Part shown: in pieces, positions 1 to 14,427 of the stretch
How the letters are laid out: each line of letters opens with the position of its first letter
Numbering within the stretch: position 1 is the first letter of the stretch
NCBI GenBank assembly: GCA_964016885.1
Contig: OZ024766.1
Coordinates: 6,386,001 to 6,450,000, forward strand
From: Eledone cirrhosa
Taxonomy: Eukaryota
Length of the DNA: 64,000 nucleotides
Direction: 5' to 3'
The notes under the pieces: model-generated
The model's input: the letters and a program-made list of their open reading frames with translations, nothing else
Told to the model about the DNA's origin: nothing
The model's database searches: none
Translations under genes and position numbers: made by a program

Positions 1-177
1 ACTGGATATTTTGTGGTACCAACATTTTATATATATATATATCATCATCATCATCATCATCATCATCGTTTAACGTCTATCTTCCTCGTTCTGTTGAAAC
101 TGGCTGTAACTGGTTGTTCAAACTGATGTTAAGGTATTGTTCTCAAAATAAATACTTTCAAAATCTCATAGATTCGA

Positions 178-694
178 TATTATGTGAGGTATTATGTGAG
201 GTAAAGCCTTTACTGTGAAAATACAATAGTATATATAGAGTAATGTAAATGTTATGTGAGATATTATGTGAGGTAAAGCTTTTACTGTGAAAATACAATA
301 GTATATATAGAGTAATGTAAATGTTATGTGAGGTATTATGTGAGGTAAAGCCTTTACTGTGAAAATACAATAGTATATATAGAGTAATGTAAATGTTATG
401 TGAGATATTATGTGAGGTAAAGCCTTTACTGTGAAAATACAATAGTATATATAGAGTAATGTAAATGTTATGTGAGATATTATGTGAGGTAAAGCCTTTA
501 CTGTGAAAATACAATAGTATATATAGAGTAATGTAAATATTATGTGAGATATTATGTGAGGTAAAGCCTTTACTGTGAAAATACAATAGTATATATAGAG
601 TAATGTAAATGTTATGTGAGATATTATGTGAGGTAAAGCCTTTACTGTGAAAATACAATAGTATATATAGAGTAATGTAAATGCTAAAGGGTTA
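178..694. repeat. 72-bp tandem repeat (~7 copies) ending in AAAGGGTTAA
   Basis: Unit tattatgtgaggtaaagcctttactgtgaaaatacaatagtatatatagagtaatgtaaatgttatgtgaga, period 72 (201 to 273). The same unit recurs at 34824-35102. The GGG-TTAA end resembles a piggyBac-type terminus plus TTAA target. Confidence 0.9.
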
Positions 695-735
695 AAATGC
701 CCAAGAAATGCCATGGAATTTTACAGCTCTGTATA

Positions 736-835
736 CAGTGTGTTCCCAAAAAATGTGTACACACTTTGATTACCTGTACAGGCAATATTTATTAGAATGC
801 TGTTGAAATGTGAATACATTTTTGGGGACACCCTG
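736..835. mobile_element. ~100-bp Tc1/mariner-like MITE
   Basis: Imperfect terminal inverted repeats CAGTGTGTTCCCAAAAAATGTGTACAC ... GTGAATACATTTTTGGGGACACCCTG, flanked by TA on both sides (734-735, 836-837). Confidence 0.65.
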
Positions 836-922
836 TATTTATGTATGTGTGTATGTATGTGTGTTTATATATGAATGCCTATGTGTATGTATATATATAT
901 ATATATATATATATGGGTGTGC

Positions 923-962
<40 letters not shown>

Positions 963-1149
963 GTGTGTGTGTATATATACATGTGTGTCTCTCTCTCTAT
1001 ATATATATGTATATATTCAAACATATATATATCTACAGGTATACAGACATATATATATATATGCATATCTACACTTATGCGTATATATATATATACACAA
1101 ACATACACTCACACACACACACGCACATACATATATATATATACACACT

Positions 1150-1218
<69 letters not shown>

Positions 1219-1319
1219 TCTTATACATACATGTGGATACAATTTAATTTGCCTTTAAAATTGCCAAAAACATGTCTACATTTTGGGTGGACATGTGTTT
1301 ATAGTTGTGGTGGTGTGTA

Positions 1320-1365
<46 letters not shown>

Positions 1366-1378
1366 GTATATATATATG

Positions 1379-1416
<38 letters not shown>

Positions 1417-1455
1417 TGTATGTATATGTATGTATCTATATATATATATATATGT

Positions 1456-1487
<32 letters not shown>

Positions 1488-1518
1488 GTATATATATATG
1501 TATGTATATGTATGTATG

Positions 1519-1550
<32 letters not shown>

Positions 1551-1654
1551 TATGTATATATATATTTATATATGTATATATATATATGTATGTATATGTA
1601 TGTATGTATCTATATATGTATGTATGTATCTATATATATATGTATATATATATT

Positions 1655-1720
<66 letters not shown>

Positions 1721-1864
1721 TATGTATATATATTTATATATGTATATATATATTTATGTATGTATATGTAAGTATGCATATATATATGTATATATATATA
1801 TATATATACATATATATATACATATATATGTATATCATTTCATTTTTTTTTTTTCATTTCATTT

Positions 1865-2628
1865 TTTACGTCCGCTTTTCCCTGCTTGCAAGGGTGGGAC
1901 GGGAACTGATTCTGGCTTGATTTCTACAGCTGGATGCCCTTCCTAACACCAACCTCATTTACAGTGAGTGCTGGGTGCTTTTTTTGCCGTGGCACCTCCA
2001 CGACCACTTTACAGTGAGTGCTGGGTGCTTTTTTGCCGTGGCACCTCCACGACCACTTTACAGTGAGTGCTGGGTGCTTTTTTGCCGTGGCACCTCCACG
2101 ACCACTTTACAGTGAGTGCTGGGTGCTTTTTTGCCGTGGCACCTCCACGACCACTTTACAGTGAGTGCTGGGTGCTTTTTTGCCGTGGCACCTCCACGAC
2201 CACTTTACAGTGAGTGCTGGGTGCTTTTTTGCCGTGGCACCTCCACGACCACTTTACAGTGAGTGCTGGGTGCTTTTTTGCCGTGGCACCTCCACGACCA
2301 CTTTACAGTGAGTGCTGGGTGCTTTTTTGCCGTGGCACCTCCACGACCACTTTACAGTGAGTGCTGGGTGCTTTTTTGCCGTGGCACCTCCACGACCACT
2401 TTACAGTGAGTGCTGGGTGCTTTTTTGCCATGGCACCTCCACGACCACTTTGCAGTGGAATGATAGGGACCCCAGTCCCTATCATCTCATTTCTACAGCT
2501 GAGTAAACTGGAGCAATGTGAAATAAAGTGTCTTGCTCAAGGACACAACACATCACCCGGTCTGAAAATTGAACTCACAACCTTTCGATTGCAAGGCCAA
2601 TGCTCTAACCACTAAGCCATGTGCCTCC
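1865..2628 (-). mobile_element. tRNA-derived SINE with RTE-derived 3' tail and an internal 49-bp expansion
   Basis: The minus strand starts GGAGGCACATGGCTTAGTGGTTAGAGC (A box), then GAGTTCAATT (B-box-like) and a central GTGTCCTTGAGCAAGACACTT. The 3' part TTGGTGTTAGGAAGGGCATCCAGCTGTAGAAA...GGACGTAAAA matches the RTE 3' UTR at 20160-20290. Confidence 0.8.
1958..2457. repeat. 49-bp tandem repeat (~10 copies) inside the SINE
   Basis: Unit tttacagtgagtgctgggtgcttttttgccgtggcacctccacgaccac, period 49 (2011 to 2060). Confidence 0.95.
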
Positions 2629-3107
2629 ATATATATATATATGACAATTGAACAATTGTCACATATATATATATATGACAATCGTTCTGAAGGTGAATTC
2701 CATTATCTTAGATTTTCTGCTAATACTTTCTTCCGCAATCACCAGTTTTTATTTGTATTAAAGTATATATTACCTCTATCATCATCATCATCACCATTTT
2801 ACGTCCATGTATACATATGTATATATATATGTGTGTATCTGTGTGTGTATATATATATATATATGTGTGTGTGTGTATATTTGTGTGTGTGTATATATAT
2901 ATATATATATGTGTGTGTGTTTGTGTGTGTGTATATATATATATATGTTTGTGTGTGTGTGTTTGTGTGTGTATATGTATATATATATGTGTGTGTGTGT
3001 GGTTGTGTGTATATATGTGTGTGTGTGTATATATATGTGTGTGGTGTGTGTGTGTGTGTCTAAGAATGCCTCACCATTAACAATCAAAGAAGCTCAAACC
3101 ATCCAGG

Positions 3108-3730
3108 CACCACCATTACCACCACCACCACTATCACCACTACCACCACCACCACCACTATCACCACTACCACCACCACCACCACTATCACCACTACCAC
3201 CACCACTAACACCACCACCACCACCACCATCACCACTAACAACACCACCACCACCACCATCACCACTAACAACACCACCACCACCATCACCACTAACACC
3301 ACCACCACCACCACCACCACCACCACCACTACCACCACCACCACCACCACTATCACCACTACCACCACCACCACCACCACTACCACCACCACCACCACCA
3401 CCACCACTACCATCACCACCACCACCACCACCACTACCACCACCACCACTACCACCACTACCACCACCACTACCACCACAACCACCACTACCACCACCAC
3501 CACCACCACTACCACCACTACCATCACTACCACCACTACCATCACTGCCACCACCACCACCACTACCACCACTACCACCACTACCACCACCACCACCATC
3601 ACTACCACTACCATGACCACCACTACCACTATCACTGCCACCACCACCACCACTACCCCCACCACCGCCACCACCACTACCCCCACTACCCCCACCCCCC
3701 ACCACCACCACACCACCGCCACCACCAACT
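3108..3730. repeat. Degenerate (CCA)n trinucleotide tract
   Basis: Read directly; it produces the poly-P/poly-G/poly-V artefact ORFs. Confidence 0.95.
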
Positions 3731-3864
3731 CCATAAATGGTCTTGAAGAGAGAGAGGGAAAGTGAGGGAGGTGGGAGGGGTCTTTGATGGTTAAATGGTT
3801 GATTGTTAATGGTTAGGTATTACCTCTCTCTCTCTCTAGAGAGAGGTAATTATGTGTGTGTGTG

Positions 3865-3947
<83 letters not shown>

Positions 3948-4025
3948 ATATATACTACCTCTTTTTTTTTTCATTCTCTCAGTTTCTCAATATATATATA
4001 CACTCTCTCTCTCTGTCTCTCTCTC

Positions 4026-4082
<57 letters not shown>

Positions 4083-4130
4083 GTATATATATATACATAC
4101 ATATACATATGTATGTATATATATACATAG

Positions 4131-4189
<59 letters not shown>

Positions 4190-4242
4190 GTATATGTATA
4201 TATATATGTATAGAGAGAGAGAGAGACATATATATATGTATG

Positions 4243-4278
<36 letters not shown>

Positions 4279-4319
4279 CATATATACATATATATATATA
4301 TATATATACACATATATAC

Positions 4320-4380
<61 letters not shown>

Positions 4381-4413
4381 CATATATACATATACATATA
4401 TATATATATATAC

Positions 4414-4468
<55 letters not shown>

Positions 4469-4929
4469 TCTGCTTATCAACACTAACCATGTTACAGACT
4501 CTGGTATGTCTATGACGTCATTGGAATACCCCCACAGACATATATATATATATACACATACATATACACACATATATACACACATATATACATATATATA
4601 CACAAATATATATATATATACATATACACACATACATACGCACATAGATACATACATATATATGCACATATATATATATACACACACACATACATACATA
4701 CATACATATATATATACACACATATATACACACATACATATATACATACATATACATACACACATATATACACATATATATATATACAGACACACACACA
4801 CATACACAAATATATATATATATATACATATACACACATACATATGCACATACATATATATACACATATATATATACACACACACACATACATACATACA
4901 TATATATATATACACACATATATATACAC

Positions 4930-5054
<125 letters not shown>

Positions 5055-5143
5055 CGTGCAATTTTGGAATTTTGGTGGTGGGGTGGGGGTGAGGAAACTG
5101 AGGGGGTGGGTATTGTATAACGAAACACTGTATAATAGTGTTA

Positions 5144-6585
5144 GTCTACCTAGGACTACATTATCTAATGTGTCCTGTCTTATATACAGACACAGTGTAT
5201 CTAGGACTACATTATCTAATGTGTCCTGTCTTATATACAGACACAGTGTATCTAGGACTACATTATCTAATGTGTCCTGTCTTATATACAGACACAGTGT
5301 ATCTAGGACTACATTATCTAATGTCTCCTGTCTTATATACAGACACAGTGTACCTAGGACTACATTATCTAATGTGTCCTGTCTTATATACAGACACAGT
5401 CTACCTAGGACTACATTATCTAATGTGTCCTGTCTTATATACAGACACAGTGTACCTAGGACTACATTATCTAATGTCTCCTGTCTTATATACAGACACA
5501 GTGTACCTAGGACTACATTATCTAATGTGTCCTGTCTTATATACAGACACAGTCTACCTAGGACTACATTATCTAATGTGTCCTGTCTTATATACAGACA
5601 CAGTCTATCTAGGACTACATTATCTAATGTGTCCTGTCTTATATACAGACACAGTCTATCTAGGACTACATTATCTAATATGTCCTGTCTTATATACAGA
5701 CACAGTGTATCTAGGACTACATTTTCTAATGTGTCCTGTCTTATATACAGACACAGTCTATCTAGGACTACATTATCTAATGTATCCTGTCTTATATACA
5801 GACAGTGTATCTAGGACTACATTATCTAATGTGTCCTGTCTTATATACAGACACAGTCTATCTAGGACTACATTATCTAATGTATCCTGTCTTATATACA
5901 GACAGTGTATCTAGGACTACATTATCTAATGTGTCCTGTCTTATATACAGACACAGTCTATCTAGGACTACATTATCTAATGTATCCTGTCTTATATACA
6001 GACAGTGTATCTAGGACTACATTATCTAATGTGTCCTGTCTTATATACAGACACAGTCTATCTAGGACTACATTATCTAATGTGTCCTGTCTTATATACA
6101 GACACAGTCTACCTAGGACTACATTATCTAATGTGTCCTGTCTTATATACAGACACAGTCTATCTAGGACTACATTATCTAATGTGTCCTGTCTTATATA
6201 CAGACACAGTGTACCTAGGACTACATTATCTAATGTGTCCTGTCTTATATACAGACACAGTGTATCTAGGACTACATTATCTAATGTGTCCTGTCTTATA
6301 TACAGACACAGTGTATCTAGGACTACATTTTCTAATGTGTCCTGTCTTATATACAGACACAGTGTATCTAGGACTACATTATCTAATGTGTCCTGTCTTA
6401 TATACAGACACAGTGTACCTAGGACTACATTATCTAATGTGTCCTGTCTTATATACAGACACAGTGTATCTAGGACTACATTATCTAATATGTCCTGTCT
6501 TATATACAGACACAGTGTATCTAGGACTACATTATCTAATGTGTCCTGTCTTATATACAGACACAGTGTATCTAGGACTACATTG
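5144..6585. repeat. 51-bp minisatellite (~28 copies, some 49-bp variants)
   Basis: Unit ctaggactacattatctaatgtgtcctgtcttatatacagacacagtgtat, period 51. Confidence 0.95.
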
Positions 6586-7064
6586 TTTTATGTGTCCGAC
6601 CCTTAAGTGGACGGAGATGGTGGGGATGATGGAGGAAATTGAAAGAAATTTAGGGGAAAGGTCAGGGGTCATTCACTCTCTCACCACCACTACACCACAC
6701 CACCATACCACCACCATACCACCACCACTACACCACACCACCATACCACCACCACCACCACCACCACACCACCACCATTCCACCACCCCATACAGTGGGT
6801 GGGAGGGATGGACGAAGGTGGGGGGGGTCATTATCCACCCCCCCACTCCACCCTAGTACCACTAACAACCTTTTAAGAATGGTTTAAAAGAAAGAAAAGA
6901 GAAGAACCCCCTCCTTGCATTAAGGTTAAGTGGAAAGGAGGAAGTGGCCGATGAGGTGGGAGATGGTGGACAGGGGGAGAGGGGGGGGGGTAGAAATATA
7001 TTTATTGAAGATGGAAGGACGGAGGAGTAGGTTGAGGTGGACATGGTGAGGTGGGGGGTATAAG

Positions 7065-8637
7065 TGATGGTGGTGGTGTAGTGGTGGTGGTGTAGTGGTG
7101 GTGGTGGTGAGGTGGTGGTGTAGTGGTGGTGGTGGTGGTGGTGTAGTGGTGTAGTGGTGGTGGTGGTGTAGTGGTGGTGGTGGTGGTGTAGTGGTGTGGT
7201 GGTGGTGTTGTGGTGGTGGTGGTGTAGTGGTGGTGTAGTGGTGGTGGTGTAGTGGTGGTGGTGGTGGTGGTGTAGTGTTGATGGTGGTGGTCGTGGTGTA
7301 GTGGTGGTGGCGGTGGTGTAGTGTTGGTGGTGATGGTGGTGTAGTGGTGGTGGTGTAATGGTGGTGGTGTAGTGTTGTTGTTGGTGGTGGTGTAGTGTTG
7401 GTGGTGGTGTAATGGTGGTGGTGGTGGTGGTGGTGTAATGGTGGTGGTGTAGTGGTGGTGGTGTAGTGGTGGTGGTGGTGGTGTAGTGGTGGTGGTGGTG
7501 TGGTGGTGGTGTTGTGGTGGTGGTGTAATGGTGGTGGTGTAGTGGTGGTGGTGTAGTGGTGGTGGTGTGGTGGTGGTGGTGTAGTGGTGGTGGTGGTGTA
7601 ATGGTGGTGGTGGTGGTGGTGGTGTAATGGTGGTGGTGGTGGTGGTGGTGTAATGGTGGTGGCGGTGGTGTAGTGTTGGTGGTGATGGTGGTGTAGTGGT
7701 GGTGGTGTAATGGTGGTGGTGTAGTGTTGTTGTTGGTGGTGGTGTAGTGTTGGTGGTGGTGTAATGGTGGTGGTGGTGGTGGTGGTGTAATGGTGGTGGT
7801 GGTGGTGTAGGTGTGGTGGTGGTGGTGTAGTGGTGGTGGTGGTGTGGTGGTGGTTTAGTGGTGGTGGTGTAATGGTGGTGGTGTAGTGGTGGTGGTGTAG
7901 TGGTGGTGGTGTAGTGGTGGTGGTGTAGTGGTGGTGGTGGTGTAATGGTGGTGGTGGTGGTGGTGGTGTAATGGTGGTGGTGGTGGTGGTGTAATGGTGG
8001 TGGCGGTGGTGTAGTGTTGGTGGTGATGGTGGTGTAGTGGTGGTGGTGTAATGGTGGTGGTGTAGTGTTGTTGTTGGTGGTGGTGTAGTGTTGGTGGTGG
8101 TGTAATGGTGGTGGTGGTGGTGTAGTGTTGTTGTTGGTGGTGGTGTAGTGTTGGTGGTGGTGTAATGGTGGTGATGGTGGTGTAGTGGTGGTGGTGTAAT
8201 GGTGGTGGTGTAGTGTTGTTGTTGGTGGTGGTGTAGTGTTGGTGGTGGTGTAATGGTGGTGGTGGTGGTGTAGTGGTGGTGGTGTAGTGGTGGTGGTGTG
8301 GTGGTGGTGTAGTGGTGGTGGTGGTGTAGTGGTGGTGGTGTAGTGGTGGTGGTGAGGTGGTGGTGTAGTGGTGGTCGTGGTGTAGTGGTGGTGGTGGTGG
8401 TGGTGGTGTAGTGTTGATGGTGGTGGTCGTGGTGTAGTGGTGGTGGCGGTGGTGTAGTGTTGGTGGTGGTGTAATGGTGGTGATGGTGGTGTTGTGGTGG
8501 TGGTGTAATGGTGGTGGTGTAGTGTTGTTGTTGGTGGTGGTGTAGTGTTGGTGGTGGTGTAATGGTGGTGGTGGTGTAGTGGTGGTGGTGGTGGTGTAGT
8601 GGTGGTGGTGTGGTGGTGGTGTAGTGGTGGTGGTGGT
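7065..8637. repeat. Degenerate (TGG)n/(TAG) trinucleotide tract
   Basis: Read directly. Confidence 0.95.
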
Positions 8638-8784
8638 TTAAGACAGGAAAAAGGAGTAGAATAAAGACGGAGGTGGGAGGGGGACAGTAAAATGACAAAG
8701 GCCTATTTGGCAAGGTGGTGGTGAGGAGTTGTTGTTGTTGTTGTTGTGTGTATATATATATACACACACATACATACATACTTG

Positions 8785-11700
8785 TATGTATGTATATTTG
8801 TAAGACCTGGCGTTTTGGTTTTGTATTTGTCTGTGTTTTTTTTTATCATTCCCAGATCACCTATCATTATAGGCATTGTTTCTGTGTTCATTTTCCACAT
8901 TTGAGTTATTTTTATCTCTAGATCTTTATAATTTGGCGAGTTTCTCCGTGTCCTTGTGAGATATATTGTCATCTGTGGCGATTGATACATCTATTAGAAG
9001 GCATTTTTCATTCTTTGTGGTCTTTGACTATAATATCTGGTCAGTTATCTTATATCTCTCTGTCTGTATATATTGACATATCCCAGTTTTCTGTTGGTAT
9101 TTCATAATGCTGGCATAACTTCCAGTGTATATCTGGTCAGCTGTGTTAGACCTCCCTGTCTGTATATATTGACATATCCCAGTTTTCTGTTGGTATTTCA
9201 TAACACTGGCATAACTTCCAGTGTACATCTGGTCAGCTGTGTTAGATCTCTCTGTCTGTATATATTGGCATATCCCAGTTTTCTGTTGGTATTTCATAAC
9301 ACTGGCATAACTTCCAGTGTATATCTGGTCAGCTGTCTTAGATCTGTCTGTCTGTATATATTGACATATCCCAGTTTTCTGTTGGTATTTCATAACACTG
9401 GCATAACTTCCAGTGTATATCTGGTCAGCTGTCTTAGATCTGTCTGTCTGTATATATTGACATATCCCAGTTTTCTGTTGGTATTTCATAACACTGGCAT
9501 AACTTCCAGTGTATATCTGGTCAGCTGTCTTAGATCTGTCTGTCTGTATATATTGACATATCCCAGTTTTCTGTTGGTATTTCATAACACTGGCATAACT
9601 TCCAGTGTACATCTGGTCAGCTGTCTTAGATCTGTCTGTCTGTATATATTGACATATCCCAGTTTTCTGTTGGTATTTCATAACACTGGCATAACTTCCA
9701 GTGTATATCTGGTCAGCTGTGTTAGATCTGTCTGTCTGTATATATTGGCATATCCCAGTTTTCTGTTGGTATTTCATAACACTGGCATAACTTCCAGTGT
9801 ACATCTGGTCAGCTGTGTTAGATCTGTCTGTATATATATATTGACATATCCCAGTTTTCTGTTGGTATTTCATAACACTGGCATAACTTCCAGTGTACAT
9901 CTGGTCAGCTGTGTTAGATCTGTCTGTCTGTATATATTGACATATCCCAGTTTTCTGTTGGTATTTCATAACACTGGCATAACTTCCAGTGTACATCTGG
10001 TCAGCTGTGTTAGACCTCCCTGTCTGTATATATTGACATATCCCAGTTTTCTGTTGGTATTTCATAACACTGGCATAACTTCCAGTGTACATCTGGTCAG
10101 CTGTGTTAGATCTGTCTGTCTGTATATATTGGCATATCCCAGTTTTCTGTTGGTATTTCATAACACTGGCATAACTTCCAGTGTATATCTGGTCAGCTGT
10201 CTTAGATCTGTCTGTCTGTATATATTGGCATATCCCAGTTTTCTGTTGGTATTTCATAACACTGGCATAACTTCCAGTGTATATCTGGTCAGCTGTCTTA
10301 GATCTGTCTGTCTGTATATATTGACATATCCCAGTGTTCTGTTGGTATTTCATAACACTGGCATAACTTCCAGTGTATATCTGGTCAGCTGTCTTAGATC
10401 TGTCTGTCTGTATATATTGACATATCCCAGTGTTCTGTTGGTATTTCATAACACTGGCATAACTTCCAGTGTATATCTGGTCAGCTGTCTTAGATCTGTC
10501 TGTCTGTATATATTGGCATATCCCAGTTTTCTGTTGGTATTTCATAACACTGGCATAACTTCCAGTGTATATCTGGTCAGCTGTCTTAGATCTGTCTGTC
10601 TGTATATATTGACATATCCCAGTGTTCTGTTGGTATTTCATAACACTGGCATAACTTCCAGTGTATATCTGGTCAGCTGTCTTAGATCTGTCTGTCTGTA
10701 TATATTGACATATCCCAGTGTTCTGTTGGTATTTCATAACACTGGCATAACTTCCAGTGTATATCTGGTCAGCTGTCTTAGATCTGTCTGTCTGTATATA
10801 TTGGCATATCCCAGTTTTCTGTTGGTATTTCATAACGCTGGCATAACTTCCAGTGTACATCTGGTCAGCTGTCTTAGATCTGTCTGTCTGTATATATTGA
10901 CATATCCCAGTTTTCTGTTGGTATTTCATAACACTGGCATAACTTCCAGTGTATATCTGGTCAGCTGTCTTAGATCTCTCTGTCTGTATATATTGACATA
11001 TCCCAGTTTTCTGTTGGTATTTCATAACACTGGCATAACTTCCAGTGTATATCTGGTCAGCTGTGTTAGATCTGTCTGTCTGTATATATTGACATATCCC
11101 AGTTTTCTGTTGGTATTTCATAACGCTGGCATAACTTCCAGTGTACATCTGGTCAGCTGTGTTAGATCTCTCTGTCTCTATATATTGACATATCCCAGTT
11201 TTCTGTTGGTATTTCATAACACTGGCATAACTTCCAGTGTATATCTGGTCAGCTGTGTTAGATCTGTCTGTCTGTATATATTGGCATATCCCAGTTTTCT
11301 GTTGGTATTTCATAACACTGGCATAACTTCCAGTGTATATCTGGTCAGTTATCTTAGATCTGTCTGTCTGTATATATTGACATATCCCAGTTTTCTGTTG
11401 GTATTTCATAACACTGGCATAACTTCCAGTGTGTATCTGGTCAGCTGTGTTAGATCTGTCTGTCTGTATATATTGGCATATCCCAGTTTTCTGTTGGTAT
11501 TTCATAACACTGGCATAACTTCCAGTGTATATCTGGTCAGTTATCTTAGATCTCCCTGTCTGTATATATTGACATATCCCAGTTTTCTGTTGGTATTTCA
11601 TAACACTGGCATAACTTCCAGTGTATATCTGGTCAGTTATCTTAGATCTGTCTGTCTGTATATATTGACATATCCCAGTTTTCTGTTGGTATTTCATAAC

Positions 11701-12542
11701 ACTGGCATAACTTCCAGTGTATATCTGGTCAGCTGTCTTAGATCTGTCTGTCTGTATATATTGGCATATCCCAGTTTTCTGTTGGTATTTCATAACACTG
11801 GCATAACTTCCAGTGTGTATCTGGTCAGCTGTGTTAGATCTGTCTGTCTGTATATATTGGCATATCCCAGTTTTCTGTTGGTATTTCATAACACTGGCAT
11901 AACTTCCAGTGTACATCTGGTCAGCTGTGTTAGATCTGTCTGTCTGTATATATTGGCATATCCCAGTTTTCTGTTGGTATTTCATAACACTGGCATAACT
12001 TCCAGTGTATATCTGGTCAGCTGTCTTAGATCTGTCTGTCTGTATATATTGACATATCCCAGTGTTCTGTTGGTATTTCATAACACTGGCATAACTTCCA
12101 GTGTACATCTGGTCAGCTGTGTTAGATCTGTCTGTCTGTATATATTGACATATCCCAGTTTTCTGTTGGTATTTCATAACACTGGCATAACTTCCAGTGT
12201 ATATCTGGTCAGTTATCTTAGATCTCTCTGTCTGTATATATTGACATATCCCAGTTTTCTGTTGGTATTTCATAACACTGGCATAACTTCCAGTGTACAT
12301 CTGGTCAGCTGTCTTAGATCTGTCTGTCTGTATATATTGACATATCCCAGTTTTCTGTTGGTATTTCATAACGCTGGCATAACTTCCAGTGTACATCTGG
12401 TCAGCTGTCTTAGATCTCTCTGTCTCTATGTATTGACATATCCTAGAGAATAATTGCTTTGTATTCCTGACACTTTTTCTGGTGTGTGTTTGTACCATCT
12501 TTTTTTCTGTTGGTATTTCATAATGCTGGCATAACTTCCATT
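8785..12542 (-). mobile_element. Decayed C-terminal restriction-like endonuclease (RLE) region of an R4/Dong/NeSL-like non-LTR retrotransposon, split by a 96-bp array
   Basis: With frameshifts the minus strand reads WKLCQHYEIPTEKRWYKHTPEKV...WDMSIHTDREI..PDIIVKD..KCLLIDVSIATDDNISHKDTEKL.KYKDLEIKITQMWKMNTETMPIMIGDLGMIKK. This is the PD...D...EK..KY pattern of RLE domains. Confidence 0.75.
9035..12443. repeat. 96-bp minisatellite (~35 copies) derived from RLE coding sequence
   Basis: Period 96 with highly similar copies. It explains the 1156-aa and 1126-aa repeat ORFs. Confidence 0.95.
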
Positions 12543-12550
12543 CTTACTAC

Positions 12551-12613
<63 letters not shown>

Positions 12614-12764
12614 AACAGGCAGATGAAAGAGTTTAAGTGATGACGTTGAGGTGATACGTAATAACAGTTTCCTGTCCTTAATTTAATATATATTTGTAGT
12701 GTGTGTACTGTGTGTGTGTGTGTGTGGGTGTACATGTGTGTGGGTGTATATATACCTATATATG

Positions 12765-12817
<53 letters not shown>

Positions 12818-12918
12818 ATATATACACATATATATATCTATACATATATATTTATATATATATGTATATATATAAATATATATATATGTATATATATGTA
12901 TATATACACATATATATC

Positions 12919-12954
<36 letters not shown>

Positions 12955-12964
12955 CACATATATA

Positions 12965-13010
<46 letters not shown>

Positions 13011-13101
13011 CATATATATATCTATACATATATAATTATATATATATGTATATATATAAATATATATATATGTATATATATATATACACACATATATATC
13101 T

Positions 13102-13160
<59 letters not shown>

Positions 13161-13354
13161 TACGTGTGTGTATATATATACACACACTACACAGTAGATA
13201 ATACATCTCTGAGTCAGCAGGTGTCTAATATTTAAAAACAAGGTTGTTATTTAAATCTGGCTGTTTGACATTTTTTCTCTTTCCTGTTGGATAAACACAC
13301 ACACTCATATACACACACATATATACACACACATATATATATATGCATACACAT

Positions 13355-13391
<37 letters not shown>

Positions 13392-13557
13392 CAGACACAC
13401 ACACATACACATATGACGCACACATACTGGCATGGACATATATACATACACACTTACACATACACAGACATATATATATATATGATAATAAGGGCGCTGC
13501 GGAGTTGCAAATGGGTTACATATGAAAAAAGTTTGTCCTTCATCAGTGATCTTCCAA

Positions 13558-13589
<32 letters not shown>

Positions 13590-13591
13590 CA

Positions 13592-13634
<43 letters not shown>

Positions 13635-14066
13635 TTTGCAAATGGCAAGAATGGACATTCACATTCAAACAAAACACCATCACACCACCACTACACCACT
13701 GCCACCATTACACCACCACCACCAACACCATCACACCACCACCACCACTACACCACCACCACCAACACCATCATCACTGCCACCACTACACCACCACCAC
13801 CAACACCATCATCACTGACACCACTACACCACCACCACCTCCATCACCGCCACCACCCCCACCCTGCCGACAATCCAACCCAACCATGACCATCTCCAGG
13901 GACGTTGCTGTCTAGGACCCTAATTACATCAGGGGGAGGTAATGAGTAATGACAGTCAGGGTCGGGGGGGGGGGGGGGGGGCAGATGTGTTGGGAGGGAG
14001 GAAGTCTGTGTTCTGCTCCAGTGAATTTATGGGGGTATATAAACATATACACACACACACAAGCAC

Positions 14067-14116
<50 letters not shown>

Positions 14117-14123
14117 ATATATA

Positions 14124-14156
<33 letters not shown>

Positions 14157-14220
14157 CTGCTATCAATAATATATTATCTACACCGAACATTTATGTGTGT
14201 ATAAATGTGTATGTAGTGTG

Positions 14221-14251
<31 letters not shown>

Positions 14252-14309
14252 CTGCTATCAATAATACATTATCTACACAGAATATTTATGTGTGTATAAA
14301 TGTGTGTGA

Positions 14310-14365
<56 letters not shown>

Positions 14366-14427
14366 GTCTTTTCTCCTGGAAACTGATCTGATGTCTCTTA
14401 TATTTCCCAATAATTTTCTTTGTTTCA

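Noticed and set aside
9028-12498. 1156-aa and 1126-aa ORFs as protein-coding genes
   Set aside because: They arise from a 96-bp (32-codon) tandem unit lacking stops in two frames; the ancestral RLE frame is a different one and contains stops.
13525-13557. ttggaagatcaCTGATGAaggac motif (minus strand; also plus at 62365-62395)
   Set aside because: Shared repeat with the 5' half of an HHR core, but neither copy has a closing stem II or GAAA.
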